A stretch of DNA of 62,848 nucleotides, counting the filler. It is 4 parts of 4 records of this genome, joined end to end, with 100 filler letters (N's around TTAATTAATTAA, not from the genome) between each part and the next. Parts side by side here need not be neighbours in the genome. Positions count along the whole stretch, not along the records: positions 27,585 to 47,876 come from DRR723986_3294; positions 47,977 to 57,635 come from DRR723986_3394; 2 more parts are not named here. The stretch is one strand, 5' to 3'. The translations under genes were made by a program, and so were the position numbers. Position 1 is the stretch's first letter. Every line of letters starts with the position of its first letter. Positions 43,185 to 52,384 of the stretch are shown piece after piece. The notes under the pieces were generated by a model. The model was not told where the DNA came from and made no database searches. It saw only the letters and a program-made list of their open reading frames with translations.

Positions 43185-44675
43185 TTAAGACGCTTTGGCG
43201 GATGGCAACTTGCTGACCAAACGCAAAGACACGGTGAGGCCCTCTAGCTGGTAGTGTGGGCGCAAATAGAATCGTGAGGCATACATGCCGGGATTGCCCT
43301 CTATTTCCTCAACAACCACTTCGGCTGCGGCAAGCGGACGAGAGGCTTTAACCGCCTCGGAGGAATTTGCAGGATCGCCGTCCACGTATTGCATGATCCA
43401 GTCTTGCAACCAGCGCTGCATGTCGGCGCGTTCCTTGAATGAACCCACTTTGTCGCGCACGATGCACTTCAGGTAATGCGCAAAGCGACAGGTGGCAAAC
43501 AGGTAAGGAAGACGGGCAGCCAATTTCGCATTGGCTGTTGCGTCCGGATCTTCGTACTCGGCAGGTTTGTGCAAAGACTGCGCACCAATGAAGGCTGCCA
43601 GATCACTGTTCTTTTTGTGAATCAGCGGCAAGAAACCGCTTTTGCTAAGCTCAGCCTCACGACGATCGGAAATGGCGATTTCAGTGGGGCACTTCATGTC
43701 CACTCCACCATCGTCAGTGGGGAAAGTGTGCGTGGGCAGGTTGGGTACTGCGCCGCCCGATTCAATGCCGCGAATGCGTGAGCACCAGCCGTACTCCTTG
43801 AATGATCGGTTGATGTTCACCGCCATGGCATAAGCCGAGTTGGCCCAGGTGTAGCGGCTGTGATCGGCCAGACCCGTGTCTTCTTCAAAAGCGAATTCCT
43901 CCACTGGGTTGGTTTTTGCACCGTAGGGCTGACGGGCCAGAAAACGTGGCATGGTCAAGCCGAGATATTTGGAGTCGTCTGCGTCGCGCAAGCTGCGCCA
44001 AGCGGCATAGTCGGGTGTGGAAAAAATTTTGGTCAGGTCGCGTGGGTTGGCAAGTTCTTGCCAGGAGTCCATTTGCAAAGTGGCCGGAGACACTGCCGAC
44101 AAGAACGGGGCATGTGCAGAGGCGCTGATTTTCGCGAGTTCGCCCAGCATTTCCACATCGGGAGGTGAGTGATCGAAGTAGTAATCGCCAATTAGGCAGC
44201 CATAAGGTTCCCCACCGAACTGACCATATTCATGCTCGTAAATTTTCTTGAACACCGGGCTTTGATCCCAAGCCACACCCTTGTACCGTTTCAAGGTTTT
44301 GGCCAATTCGGTTTTGGACACATTCATGAAACGAATTTTCAAGAATTCATCGGTTTCAGTGTTGTTGACCAGGTAGTTCAGGCCGCGCCAGGCACTTTCC
44401 ATTTGCTGGAAATCGGCGTGATGAATAATTTCGTTGATTTGTACGGAAAGCTTTTGATCGATCGCGGCGATCATTCGCTCGATGGAATCAACCACATCGT
44501 CGCCCACCAGCTCCACCCCTTCAAGCGCCTGCTGCGCGAGGGTAAGCACCGCGGACTCTACTTCAGACCTGGCCTCATCGGTTTTCGGTTTGAATTCTTT
44601 TTGCAACAGGGAAGATAGTTCACTGCCCTCAAGTTCGATGACATCGAGTGCACGGTTTTGAAGTTGTTCAGACAT
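43185..44675 (-). CDS. tssC: T6SS contractile sheath large subunit
   Basis: FQQMESAWRGL, EYGQFGGEP, PRFLARQPYG, CPTEIAISDRRE and RFAHYLK motifs. Confidence 0.97.
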   Translation of the reverse strand: MSEQLQNRALDVIELEGSELSSLLQKEFKPKTDEARSEVESAVLTLAQQALEGVELVGDDVVDSIERMIAAIDQKLSVQINEIIHHADFQQMESAWRGLNYLVNNTETDEFLKIRFMNVSKTELAKTLKRYKGVAWDQSPVFKKIYEHEYGQFGGEPYGCLIGDYYFDHSPPDVEMLGELAKISASAHAPFLSAVSPATLQMDSWQELANPRDLTKIFSTPDYAAWRSLRDADDSKYLGLTMPRFLARQPYGAKTNPVEEFAFEEDTGLADHSRYTWANSAYAMAVNINRSFKEYGWCSRIRGIESGGAVPNLPTHTFPTDDGGVDMKCPTEIAISDRREAELSKSGFLPLIHKKNSDLAAFIGAQSLHKPAEYEDPDATANAKLAARLPYLFATCRFAHYLKCIVRDKVGSFKERADMQRWLQDWIMQYVDGDPANSSEAVKASRPLAAAEVVVEEIEGNPGMYASRFYLRPHYQLEGLTVSLRLVSKLPSAKAS

Positions 44676-44677
44676 GA

Positions 44678-45190
44678 TTACTCACCTTCAGGGGAGGTTG
44701 ATTCAACAGGCTTGACGCTGGTCGACAGGCTTTTCAGCAAAGCTGGGTCAGCCAGCAGTTTTGCCAACAGCTCTTCAGCACCGTTTTTGCCATCCATGTA
44801 CGTGAGCAGGTTGGACAGTTGCTGGCGTGCCTCCAGCAACTTGCGCAAAGGCTCTACTTTTCGCGCAATCGCCGCAGGGCTGAAATCGTCCATGGATTCA
44901 AAAGTGATGTCGACCGCCACATTGCCTTCGCCGGTGAGGTGATTGGGCGCATGGAAGGCCACGCGCGGCTTGATGCTTTTCATGCGTGCATCAAAGTTGT
45001 CGACATCCACTTCCAGGAAATCACGCTCGGCCACCGGTGCCAGTGGCACCTCGGATTTGCCGGACAAGTCGGACATGACCCCCATGACAAAAGGCAACTG
45101 AACCTTTTTCTGTGAACCGTAAACTTCAACGTCATACTCAATTTGTACGCGGGGTGCACGATTGCGCCCCACAAATTTTTGTCCGCTCAT
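44678..45190 (-). CDS. tssB: T6SS contractile sheath small subunit
   Basis: RAPRVQIEYDVE, LPFVMGVMSDLSG and FESMDDFSP motifs. Confidence 0.97.
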   Translation of the reverse strand: MSGQKFVGRNRAPRVQIEYDVEVYGSQKKVQLPFVMGVMSDLSGKSEVPLAPVAERDFLEVDVDNFDARMKSIKPRVAFHAPNHLTGEGNVAVDITFESMDDFSPAAIARKVEPLRKLLEARQQLSNLLTYMDGKNGAEELLAKLLADPALLKSLSTSVKPVESTSPEGE

Positions 45191-45235
45191 TGATCAATCT
45201 CGCAAGTAAGAAGAATGGGTAAACGCAGGGCGACT

Positions 45236-46342
45236 TTAAGCATCTTCCTGCTCGAGAGAATCGGGATTGACTCCCATGATTTTTGCCACCTCGGCCAAGG
45301 CCTCTGGCGCAAGGTCTTTCATCAACTGCATGAAGTTTTTGTCGATCAGGCGACGTGCCCTTTTCAAGAGAAGCTGCGCCGGATTGGTCGGCTCGGCATG
45401 CTCAAGGTAAGTACACACTTGATCAATCGCTGCCAAAGCCTGAGCACGGGAATGAATTCCTGCCGAAACCAATGAGGGCGCGGGCTTGCTCGAATTACAG
45501 CTTGAATCGAACAAAGCACTGTGTGGCACAGCGGCCGGGTTTTGTTCCATTTGGGGTTCGGGCAGGCAGGACAGCACATGGTTCAGCAACACACCGAATT
45601 CGGAAAGTTGCGGCAGCCGATCCGCTTCGACATGTTGGGCCAGCGCGGCGAGAATTCTGTTCAAGTTGACTTTGCTGCTCAACAACACGGCACGCAAAAC
45701 TTCAACCTTGCCTTCCGGTGACCGAAAGAACATCTCGATTTGCTCGCGAGACACAGGTACTTCAGTGCCTGGAGAATTGCCAGTGAGCGCTTCGAAGTCT
45801 TTTAGGCGAATGTCGCCAATTCGCGGATTTCCAACCACGACACAATTGCGCAGGGATTGAAAAAATGAGCCGCCGAATCCAAGCCCTTCAATGACGTTGA
45901 TGCGGGCATAGGGATCGCCATCATCGAGAGGTGGATTGACGACAGACCATGCCGTTTCGAGCAGACTGGCCAGCGCACCTAAACTTTCTGGCAAGGTTTG
46001 CAAACCACCCAGATTCAAGCGCGACTCAGCCCACAACACCACCAAGCGCAAATCTCGACTGCGCTCCAGCAATTGCACGGCACCGGTTTCTACAGCACTC
46101 CAGTCGGGTGGTGTTGCTGCTTCAAACTGGGTTTCTGGCTTGCCTCGGGCTGCTTGTTGCAGTTCAAGAAATGCGTTGTCGTATTCAAGATTGGGGCCAC
46201 AGTCACCCTGCACAAAGGGTGCCGCCCAGGAAGGTGCAAGCAATGCCTCTGGTTCAACTGATGTTGCCGGGGTTGATGAAAATTGAGAAGCTGACACGTT
46301 GCGCAGAGGCCCTAATGGTAAAACCATGCGGGACTCTAGCAA
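45236..46342 (-). CDS. tssA: T6SS ImpA-domain protein TssA (short type)
   Basis: CGPNLEYD, PDW, SRDLRL and C-terminal EPTNPA.LL..RA; start uncertain. Confidence 0.9.
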   Translation of the reverse strand: MLESRMVLPLGPLRNVSASQFSSTPATSVEPEALLAPSWAAPFVQGDCGPNLEYDNAFLELQQAARGKPETQFEAATPPDWSAVETGAVQLLERSRDLRLVVLWAESRLNLGGLQTLPESLGALASLLETAWSVVNPPLDDGDPYARINVIEGLGFGGSFFQSLRNCVVVGNPRIGDIRLKDFEALTGNSPGTEVPVSREQIEMFFRSPEGKVEVLRAVLLSSKVNLNRILAALAQHVEADRLPQLSEFGVLLNHVLSCLPEPQMEQNPAAVPHSALFDSSCNSSKPAPSLVSAGIHSRAQALAAIDQVCTYLEHAEPTNPAQLLLKRARRLIDKNFMQLMKDLAPEALAEVAKIMGVNPDSLEQEDA

Positions 46343-46408
46343 CGGAATTTGAAGTTGGCGATGGGTCTAACTCGAGCACCATCACCACATGTAGTGATCG
46401 AGTGATGT

Positions 46409-47770
46409 CTATCCGACTTTGCGGGTCAGTTCACGCAACAACACCCACTCCTCCGCAGAGCTTGGATGAACGGCAATGGTGCGATCAAAATCGGCTTTGG
46501 TCGCACCCATGGTGTACAACACGCCCAGAAGCTGGATCATCTCGGGGGCATCGTCTCCAAGCATGTGAATACCGACTACTCGGTCAGTGACATCATCGAT
46601 CAGCAACTTCATGTAGGTTTTCTGTTCACCGCCCGAGAACTTGGTTTTCATGGGCGTGAACTCTGTTTCATACACACGGGTGGGTGCGCGCTTGGCAGCC
46701 TGTTCTTCGGTCAAGCCAACACTGCCAATGGGCGGTGAGGTGAAAGTGGCTGTGGGCACGCTGCTGTGATCCACCCAGAGATTTTTCCCGTTGAACTCAT
46801 TTTCAGCCAGTGCGCGCCCTTCTGCGATGGCCACAGGTGTCAGGTTCACACGGTTGGTGACATCGCCCACGGCATACACACCTTTAATGCCAGTGTGGCT
46901 GTATTTGTTCACTTCAATTTCACCGGCAGGCCCCGTACGCAGGCCAATGTTTTCGAGTCCCAAGCCTTGCGTGTTGGGGCTGCGACCTGTGGCATTCAAT
47001 ACAAAATCAAACGTGTGCGCTCCTGCTGCGGTTTGCAATTCAAACGAGGCCCCTTGCTGGCCAAGTGATTTGAAATCGGTGTCGGGAAACAATTGAATGC
47101 CTTGCAGTTTCATGGCGGTGACCAAGCGATTTCGAATGCCTTCATCGAAACTGCGCAAGGGCAAGTCACCACGATAGAACACCGAGACCTCAGAACCGAG
47201 GCCGCGCAATATGCATGCAAATTCGAGCGCGATGTAACCTGCGCCAATCACACCCACACGTTTGGGCAACGTAGAAAGATCAAGCAGTTCATTCGAGGTT
47301 GCGGCAAGCTCAAGTCCCGGAAATGCGCCGCGATTGGGCGCTGCGCCACTGGCGATCAAAATTCGCTGGGTGTTCAACACCCGATCGCCCACATGAACTT
47401 CTGTGGTGGACTTGATGACGCCATGGCCGCGAATGGTTTCAACCCCACTGTTGTCGAGCATGCGGGCATAGATACCTTCGAGCCGGTCAATTTCCTTGCC
47501 TTTGGCTTCTTGCCATTGGGCCATAGAGAATTCTGCTTGTGTTACTTGCCAGCCGGGCTGCAAAGCTTCTCGCAGGGTTTGACCAAACTGTGCGGCATAC
47601 ATCATGAGTTTTTTGGGCACACAACCGCGAATAACACAGGTGCCACCCAGCCGGCTTGATTCGATGAGTGCGACTTTGGCGCCATAGCTGGCCGCGCGGC
47701 GGGCGCTGGCCACTCCACCTGAACCACCGCCGATGACGACGAGATCGTAAGGTGCGTTGGGTGTGCTCAT
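46409..47770 (-). CDS. gor: Glutathione reductase
   Basis: GGGSGG, GGTCVIRGCVPKK, GAGYIALE, LTPVAI and HPSSAEE motifs. Confidence 0.93.
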   Translation of the reverse strand: MSTPNAPYDLVVIGGGSGGVASARRAASYGAKVALIESSRLGGTCVIRGCVPKKLMMYAAQFGQTLREALQPGWQVTQAEFSMAQWQEAKGKEIDRLEGIYARMLDNSGVETIRGHGVIKSTTEVHVGDRVLNTQRILIASGAAPNRGAFPGLELAATSNELLDLSTLPKRVGVIGAGYIALEFACILRGLGSEVSVFYRGDLPLRSFDEGIRNRLVTAMKLQGIQLFPDTDFKSLGQQGASFELQTAAGAHTFDFVLNATGRSPNTQGLGLENIGLRTGPAGEIEVNKYSHTGIKGVYAVGDVTNRVNLTPVAIAEGRALAENEFNGKNLWVDHSSVPTATFTSPPIGSVGLTEEQAAKRAPTRVYETEFTPMKTKFSGGEQKTYMKLLIDDVTDRVVGIHMLGDDAPEMIQLLGVLYTMGATKADFDRTIAVHPSSAEEWVLLRELTRKVG

Positions 47771-47846
47771 TGACTTCTCCTTGGGTGCTGCATTGAAGGT
47801 TCATTGTACCGCGAGGAGCTTGGGGCGATCTTCGCGAGTGACCTTT

Positions 47847-47876
47847 GCGCGGGTTACTTGTGTCGCACAGAGCTGG
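47847..47876. repeat. Inverted copy of the contig-start repeat
   Basis: Reverse complement matches 27624-27653 at 26/30 positions. Confidence 0.65.
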
Positions 47877-47976
47877 NNNNNNNNNNNNNNNNNNNNNNNN
47901 NNNNNNNNNNNNNNNNNNNNTTAATTAATTAANNNNNNNNNNNNNNNNNNNNNNNNNNNNNNNNNNNNNNNNNNNN
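47877..47976. other. Artificial contig linker
   Basis: N44-TTAATTAATTAA-N44. Confidence 0.98.
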
Positions 47977-48309
47977 CGCATCACGGTCAATGCGTCGCTC
48001 AACTACCGTAAAAAGCGCAAAAAAGTCACGCTCGTCAATCTTGACGACGTCGCTGATTCGCCGCGCCTGACAAACTTTGAACATCCGGGCATTGTATTGG
48101 AACATCGCGAGCAAGCCGGCAGACTCTTTGCCGCCGTCGACACGCTGCCGGACAAACAGAAAACAGCTTTTATCCTGAGTTTTGTGGAAAGTCTGCCGCG
48201 CCAGGAAGTAGCCGACGTCATGGGAGTGTCGCTCAAAGCCGTTGAGTCGCTGCTGCAACGCGCCAAAACCGGCCTAAGGAAAAAACTGGAAAAAATGAGG
48301 CAAGAATGA
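47977..48309 (+). CDS. ECF RNA polymerase sigma factor, 5'-truncated
   Basis: RITVNASLNY (end of region 2) and LPDKQKTAFIL...EVADVMGVSLKAVESLLQRAK (region 4). Confidence 0.9.
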   Translation, partial: RITVNASLNYRKKRKKVTLVNLDDVADSPRLTNFEHPGIVLEHREQAGRLFAAVDTLPDKQKTAFILSFVESLPRQEVADVMGVSLKAVESLLQRAKTGLRKKLEKMRQE

Positions 48310-48317
48310 GGAATGCG

Positions 48318-48348
48318 CGAAGGATTCTGAATGTTACAGCTGTCTAAG
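48318..48348 (+). promoter_or_regulatory. Candidate ECF promoter, copy 1
   Basis: CGAAGGATT-N14-TGTCTAAG; repeated at 49383. Confidence 0.6.
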
Positions 48349-48416
48349 ACATTATACGAGCGCACGACCGAACAATGCCGCCCCACACGCGCGGGCACTA
48401 ATTAACCGGAACGCCT

Positions 48417-48815
48417 ATGAATACCTCTGATAAATCAGACGATGAACTCCTGAGACCGCTGCAAGGCATGCACCGCGCAGAACCGGCGCTGGACCTCTTT
48501 GACAAAATCGAATCCAGGCTCGATGCCGAAGCCGAGATTTTGCCGCTGAAGACCACAAACAGTAGCGCTGCGGAGCTGCCGCATATTCGGCACTTTCGCT
48601 GGGCACTTGCCGCCGCTGCAGCTCTACTGCTGACCAATGTGCTGCTGCTGCAGGATTTTGGGACGCATGCGGGACTAGCCCCCCTGCGCAGCCCAGCCCC
48701 GGCCCCCTACGCTGGACCCGACGCTGGAACAGGCGTTGGACCTGGCGCAGGAACGAACGCTGGAACGGCCCTCAACAACATTCAGCTTACTAATGACTTT
48801 ACGCTCTACGACTAA
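48417..48815 (+). CDS. Putative single-pass anti-sigma factor
   Basis: Directly follows the ECF sigma; short N-terminal helical domain, one TM (WALAAAAALLLTNVLLL) and a low-complexity tail. Confidence 0.65.
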   Translation: MNTSDKSDDELLRPLQGMHRAEPALDLFDKIESRLDAEAEILPLKTTNSSAAELPHIRHFRWALAAAAALLLTNVLLLQDFGTHAGLAPLRSPAPAPYAGPDAGTGVGPGAGTNAGTALNNIQLTNDFTLYD

Positions 48816-49396
48816 TGCAACATCTCACAATCTATAAAATTGCCGTGCCGGCGCTGATGCTGGTTAACCTGGGACTGATCGGGATGGTCGTGTTCGGTGA
48901 GGACTCACAGAACGATTCCGAGGCTGCGCGCGCAGAACGAACTTTGGAACCCGGCATGCAGATGGCCGACGACGCCAAAAGGCCTGGTCATCATCGGCGT
49001 CCACCGCACCACAAGCGCCACGCATTCCGCCGGCAGGCTACTGAGATTCTGCAACTGGACACAAACCAGCAAGCCCAATTCATTGAACTGGCACAGCAAC
49101 ACAACCAGGACATGCGCGCGCTCCAGGAAGAGCAGAAACTCACCATCAACGCCTGGTTTTCTGCCGTCAATAACAAGGCGGAAGTCAATGCCGCAGCGGC
49201 GGAGGCCGATTCCCTGTTGCAAGTCATTCAGGCGGCCGAAGCCCAAAAACTGCAAATCACTCATCAACATTTTGAAGACGTGCGCAAGCTCCTGACGCCC
49301 GCACAAGTCAGCCTCTACGCCCAATTCCGCGAACGTGCAATCGACGTTCTGCTCTTTCCTCAGAAAAAAATGCCGCCGCCACCGAAGGATTTTTAA
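48815..49396 (+). CDS. Spy/CpxP/ZraP-like periplasmic heavy-metal sensor
   Basis: N-terminal TM, His-rich HHRRPPHHKRH, LQLDTNQQ and LLTPAQ (LTxxQ) motifs. Confidence 0.7.
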   Translation: MQHLTIYKIAVPALMLVNLGLIGMVVFGEDSQNDSEAARAERTLEPGMQMADDAKRPGHHRRPPHHKRHAFRRQATEILQLDTNQQAQFIELAQQHNQDMRALQEEQKLTINAWFSAVNNKAEVNAAAAEADSLLQVIQAAEAQKLQITHQHFEDVRKLLTPAQVSLYAQFRERAIDVLLFPQKKMPPPPKDF

Positions 49397-49412
49397 TCTC
49401 TGCATGTCTAAG
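49383..49412 (+). promoter_or_regulatory. Candidate ECF promoter, copy 2
   Basis: CGAAGGATT-N13-TGTCTAAG upstream of the YHYH gene. Confidence 0.6.
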
Positions 49413-49488
49413 CTGGAAATAAGTAGCACAAGCCCCAATACTTTCTTGCGAATGTATAGGGTGGACAACACAATTCCAGGGCTTAGCC

Positions 49489-50328
49489 ATGTCAACTCCA
49501 GCACTTCTCCGCTTAAACAAACGCGCCCGTTTTCTTGCTGTTTTCTGCGCCGCCCTGTCGATTGGAATGATTTCCTGTAGCGATGACGAGGAAGATCCCG
49601 CGGACAGCAACGACGATGGTGACACTCAGGCAGAACTTCACGCAGCCTTTGCTGAGTTTAACAGCGACAACGTCACAATTCAGCTTGACGTTGACGAAGT
49701 TGTAATCGAAACCAACGGCCTACCCAATCACACTTCGCCCTACTGGTCCTCGCCAAATCACGCCGCGCGGCCGGGCCAGACTTTACCGGAAACTACACAT
49801 CCGCTATTTGTTGCGCCGACAGTAACAAGTTATGACCAAATGGCGCCCGGTTATATCGACGACTTTAACGGTTCATTCACTCTGCGCATGCCCTCTGCTC
49901 CCACAAAAGCGGCGCAGTCGAGCGCTACCGGCCTTGGCGCAATCGGCATTTCCGTTAGCGGCTCAGTGATTTACAATGATATGGAAGGCCCCAATGTACC
50001 GCTGGACAACGCCGCCGGCTCGCTCGATTATTCCGGAGCGCACACGGGACCGCAGAGTTATCACTATCACCTGGAACCCAAGGCCTGGTCTGACGACGAT
50101 GACAAACTGATTGGCGTGATTGCAGATGGATTTTTCCTCTACGGACGCAGGTGCCATGCGACCGGCGAATATCCCGACGATCTGGATGCGTCCGGCGGGC
50201 ATACCGGCACAACACAGTATGCCGACGAGCCCGAATATCATTATCATATTCAAAACGATCTGTACCTGGACCGTTTTTACATCCTCTTCCCCGGCAATTA
50301 TCAGGGTTCGCCGAATGCCATCCAATAA
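49489..50328 (+). CDS. YHYH-domain lipoprotein
   Basis: Lipobox MISC, TNGLPNH, GAH...YHYH, ADGF..YG and GGH...YHYH motifs. Confidence 0.9.
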   Translation: MSTPALLRLNKRARFLAVFCAALSIGMISCSDDEEDPADSNDDGDTQAELHAAFAEFNSDNVTIQLDVDEVVIETNGLPNHTSPYWSSPNHAARPGQTLPETTHPLFVAPTVTSYDQMAPGYIDDFNGSFTLRMPSAPTKAAQSSATGLGAIGISVSGSVIYNDMEGPNVPLDNAAGSLDYSGAHTGPQSYHYHLEPKAWSDDDDKLIGVIADGFFLYGRRCHATGEYPDDLDASGGHTGTTQYADEPEYHYHIQNDLYLDRFYILFPGNYQGSPNAIQ

Positions 50329-51016
50329 ACTTGTCATAATGTTCTTTGGCTTGTCAGTTCTGGCCTGTAAACCCGAGGACGGGCAGGAGCGCTCTGCTAC
50401 TCAACTGCTCTCACAATCTGCGGTCAGGTCTGTAAATGTTAAAGTCTTGGCCCCCGACAATCAGGCGGACAGGCAGGTATATACACCGCAGGCCGCGGAC
50501 AACAACTCCGCTACACAATTTGTTAAACACAGCGAACTGGAACTACGCGCCAACGAAGGCCTGGTGTATTTCAAAGGTCAGGTTTTTAGCGGGACTGCAA
50601 CAGCCTACTATTCGAGTGGTGTTCCCGAACAAACAAGCGAATTCCTACACGGTAAAAAACATGGCAAAGTCCTCAAGTTTTTTGCCGACGGCATGTTAAG
50701 TTACTCTGCCGAATATACACGCGGACGCCTGCACGGACAGGTTAAAACCTGGTGGATACACGGCAAACAGCGTTCGCAGGCCAACTATATTAATGGCGTG
50801 GTTGACGGTCTTCAACGGCAATGGTATCGCAGTGGAGCCAAGTTTAAGGAGTTGTTTTTTAAGCAGGGCGTTGAACATGGCATGCAGCGTGCCTGGCGCG
50901 AGAACGGTAAACTCTACAATAATTACGAAGCTGTTAACGGCCGCATCTTTGGCCTGAAACGCGCGAGTCTGTGTTATGAACTCGAAAACGAAACAATCCA
51001 GTATCAGGAATTTTAG
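50315..51016 (+). CDS. MORN-variant (YwqK-like) repeat lipoprotein
   Basis: Lipobox VLAC; repeated G.L/K.HG....W/Y..G units; ATG overlaps the YHYH stop. Confidence 0.8.
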   Translation: MPSNKLVIMFFGLSVLACKPEDGQERSATQLLSQSAVRSVNVKVLAPDNQADRQVYTPQAADNNSATQFVKHSELELRANEGLVYFKGQVFSGTATAYYSSGVPEQTSEFLHGKKHGKVLKFFADGMLSYSAEYTRGRLHGQVKTWWIHGKQRSQANYINGVVDGLQRQWYRSGAKFKELFFKQGVEHGMQRAWRENGKLYNNYEAVNGRIFGLKRASLCYELENETIQYQEF

Positions 51017-51734
51017 GGTCGCGCTGCTGCTCCTGAGCGCTAGTGTTTGCCTGGCAGCTTGTGGCGCGCACAATCCGGAAGTTTCACCCGAAACTGACGC
51101 CGCTACAGGCGCCGAAATGGCGGAGCAGCCCCATTACTCCGGGCAACTCAACAGTCGCGTTACACATCTGCCCTACTTTGCGGATGCGTCCTTTACGCCG
51201 CACTGGATAACGCCTGGAAGTGATTCACTGGATGGGTTTCACAGAATACCAGACTTCAGTTTGTTAAATCAGAACGGCAAGTCCATTGCGCAGGCCAACT
51301 TTAACAACTGCATTTACGTCACAGATTTTTTCTTTACGAGCTGTCCGGGCATTTGCCCCAAGATGACCAAAAACATGGCTCTGCTGCAGGACGTTTTTGC
51401 CGATGATAACGAGGTCATGTTGGTTTCACATTCGGTGACGCCCAGGATCGACTCAGTTGCGGTCCTGCGCAATTACGCCGACTCCAAGGGTGTTAAGGAC
51501 GACAAATGGCATCTGCTGACGGGTGATCGCGATCAGATTTACGCTCTCGGCCGTCAGGCATATTTTGTTGAAGAAGACCTGGGCCTGGACAAAAGTACGG
51601 ACGACTTTCTACACACGGAAAACTTCGTTCTTATCGACAAGCACAAACATATTCGCGGAATATACAACGGCATCAACAGCACGTCCATCCAGCAGCTGAT
51701 AGCCGACATCCGCACATTAAAGTCTGAAGGTTAG
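50976..51734 (+). CDS. SCO1/SenC copper chaperone lipoprotein
   Basis: Lipobox LAAC, FFFTSCPGICP (CxxxC), W.LLTG and FLHTENFVLID (His ligand). Confidence 0.93.
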   Translation: MNSKTKQSSIRNFRVALLLLSASVCLAACGAHNPEVSPETDAATGAEMAEQPHYSGQLNSRVTHLPYFADASFTPHWITPGSDSLDGFHRIPDFSLLNQNGKSIAQANFNNCIYVTDFFFTSCPGICPKMTKNMALLQDVFADDNEVMLVSHSVTPRIDSVAVLRNYADSKGVKDDKWHLLTGDRDQIYALGRQAYFVEEDLGLDKSTDDFLHTENFVLIDKHKHIRGIYNGINSTSIQQLIADIRTLKSEG

Positions 51735-51806
51735 TGTGCAGATGTTAACATTCACCCCCTAAAAAACGCTGATTCTACAGGTCGGCGTATTGTAATGATA
51801 CGCGCC

Positions 51807-51869
51807 CCAGACCCAACGACCGCCGTACCTAAAAGTTTAACTTTTGCGGAGCGTTGGGTCTGGCGTTTT
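51807..51869 (+). terminator. Long hairpin downstream of the SCO operon
   Basis: CCAGACCCAACG / CGTTGGGTCTGG 12-bp stem with inner CCGC/GCGG and AAAAGT/ACTTTT pairs, followed by TTTT. Confidence 0.6.
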
Positions 51870-51962
51870 AAACAAGTTAGTCTGCCTGCGCAGTGATGAC
51901 AACTCACATCAAATCTCACTTAAAAAGCTCTTCTCTGACTTCTGCATCTAACTTGACCGCCG

Positions 51963-52208
51963 CGCCCTCTTCGCTTGCAGCTCAATGGCTAGCTTTTTCC
52001 TCTTGATAACTCTTGAACCTCAAGACCCAAACACTTGAGTTTCAAGTCTCTTGAACCTCAAGGCTCTGACTCGCAGAGTCTCAAGTCTGTCCGGCAGGCT
52101 CACAGGCGTACGAACTTGAGGCTGTCTCGGAGACTTGGGGTTTGGGGCTCAGTGCCAAACAAGAAGACAAACAAAGCCTGAGACCCAAAACGAGCGCAGC
52201 GAAGGGCG
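51963..52208. repeat. Structured intergenic element with internal direct and inverted repeats
   Basis: CTCTTGAACCTCAAG at 52010 and 52048; several CTCAAG/CTTGAG pairs; imperfect terminal complementarity. Confidence 0.45.
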
Positions 52209-52384
52209 GGGCTCAAAGCGCCGCTGCCGACTGATGGATTCCTAAAAAATGTGCGCGGAACTACTGAAAATGATATCTTTACGGTTTCCTCGTTGTGCAC
52301 CCTTCGAGAGGATTTGAATTGCCATACCGGAACACAAGTCCAGTTTCGGTGTAAATTTTTACCAAATTTTTGGGAGTCAAATCC

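Noticed and set aside
36105-46342. Prophage tail, tailocin or eCIS
   Set aside because: ClpV, TssA and split TssB/TssC are T6SS hallmarks; no capsid, tape-measure or lysis genes
50315-51016. Toxin-antitoxin system (YwqK antitoxin label)
   Set aside because: It is only a MORN-variant repeat lipoprotein; no adjacent toxin gene
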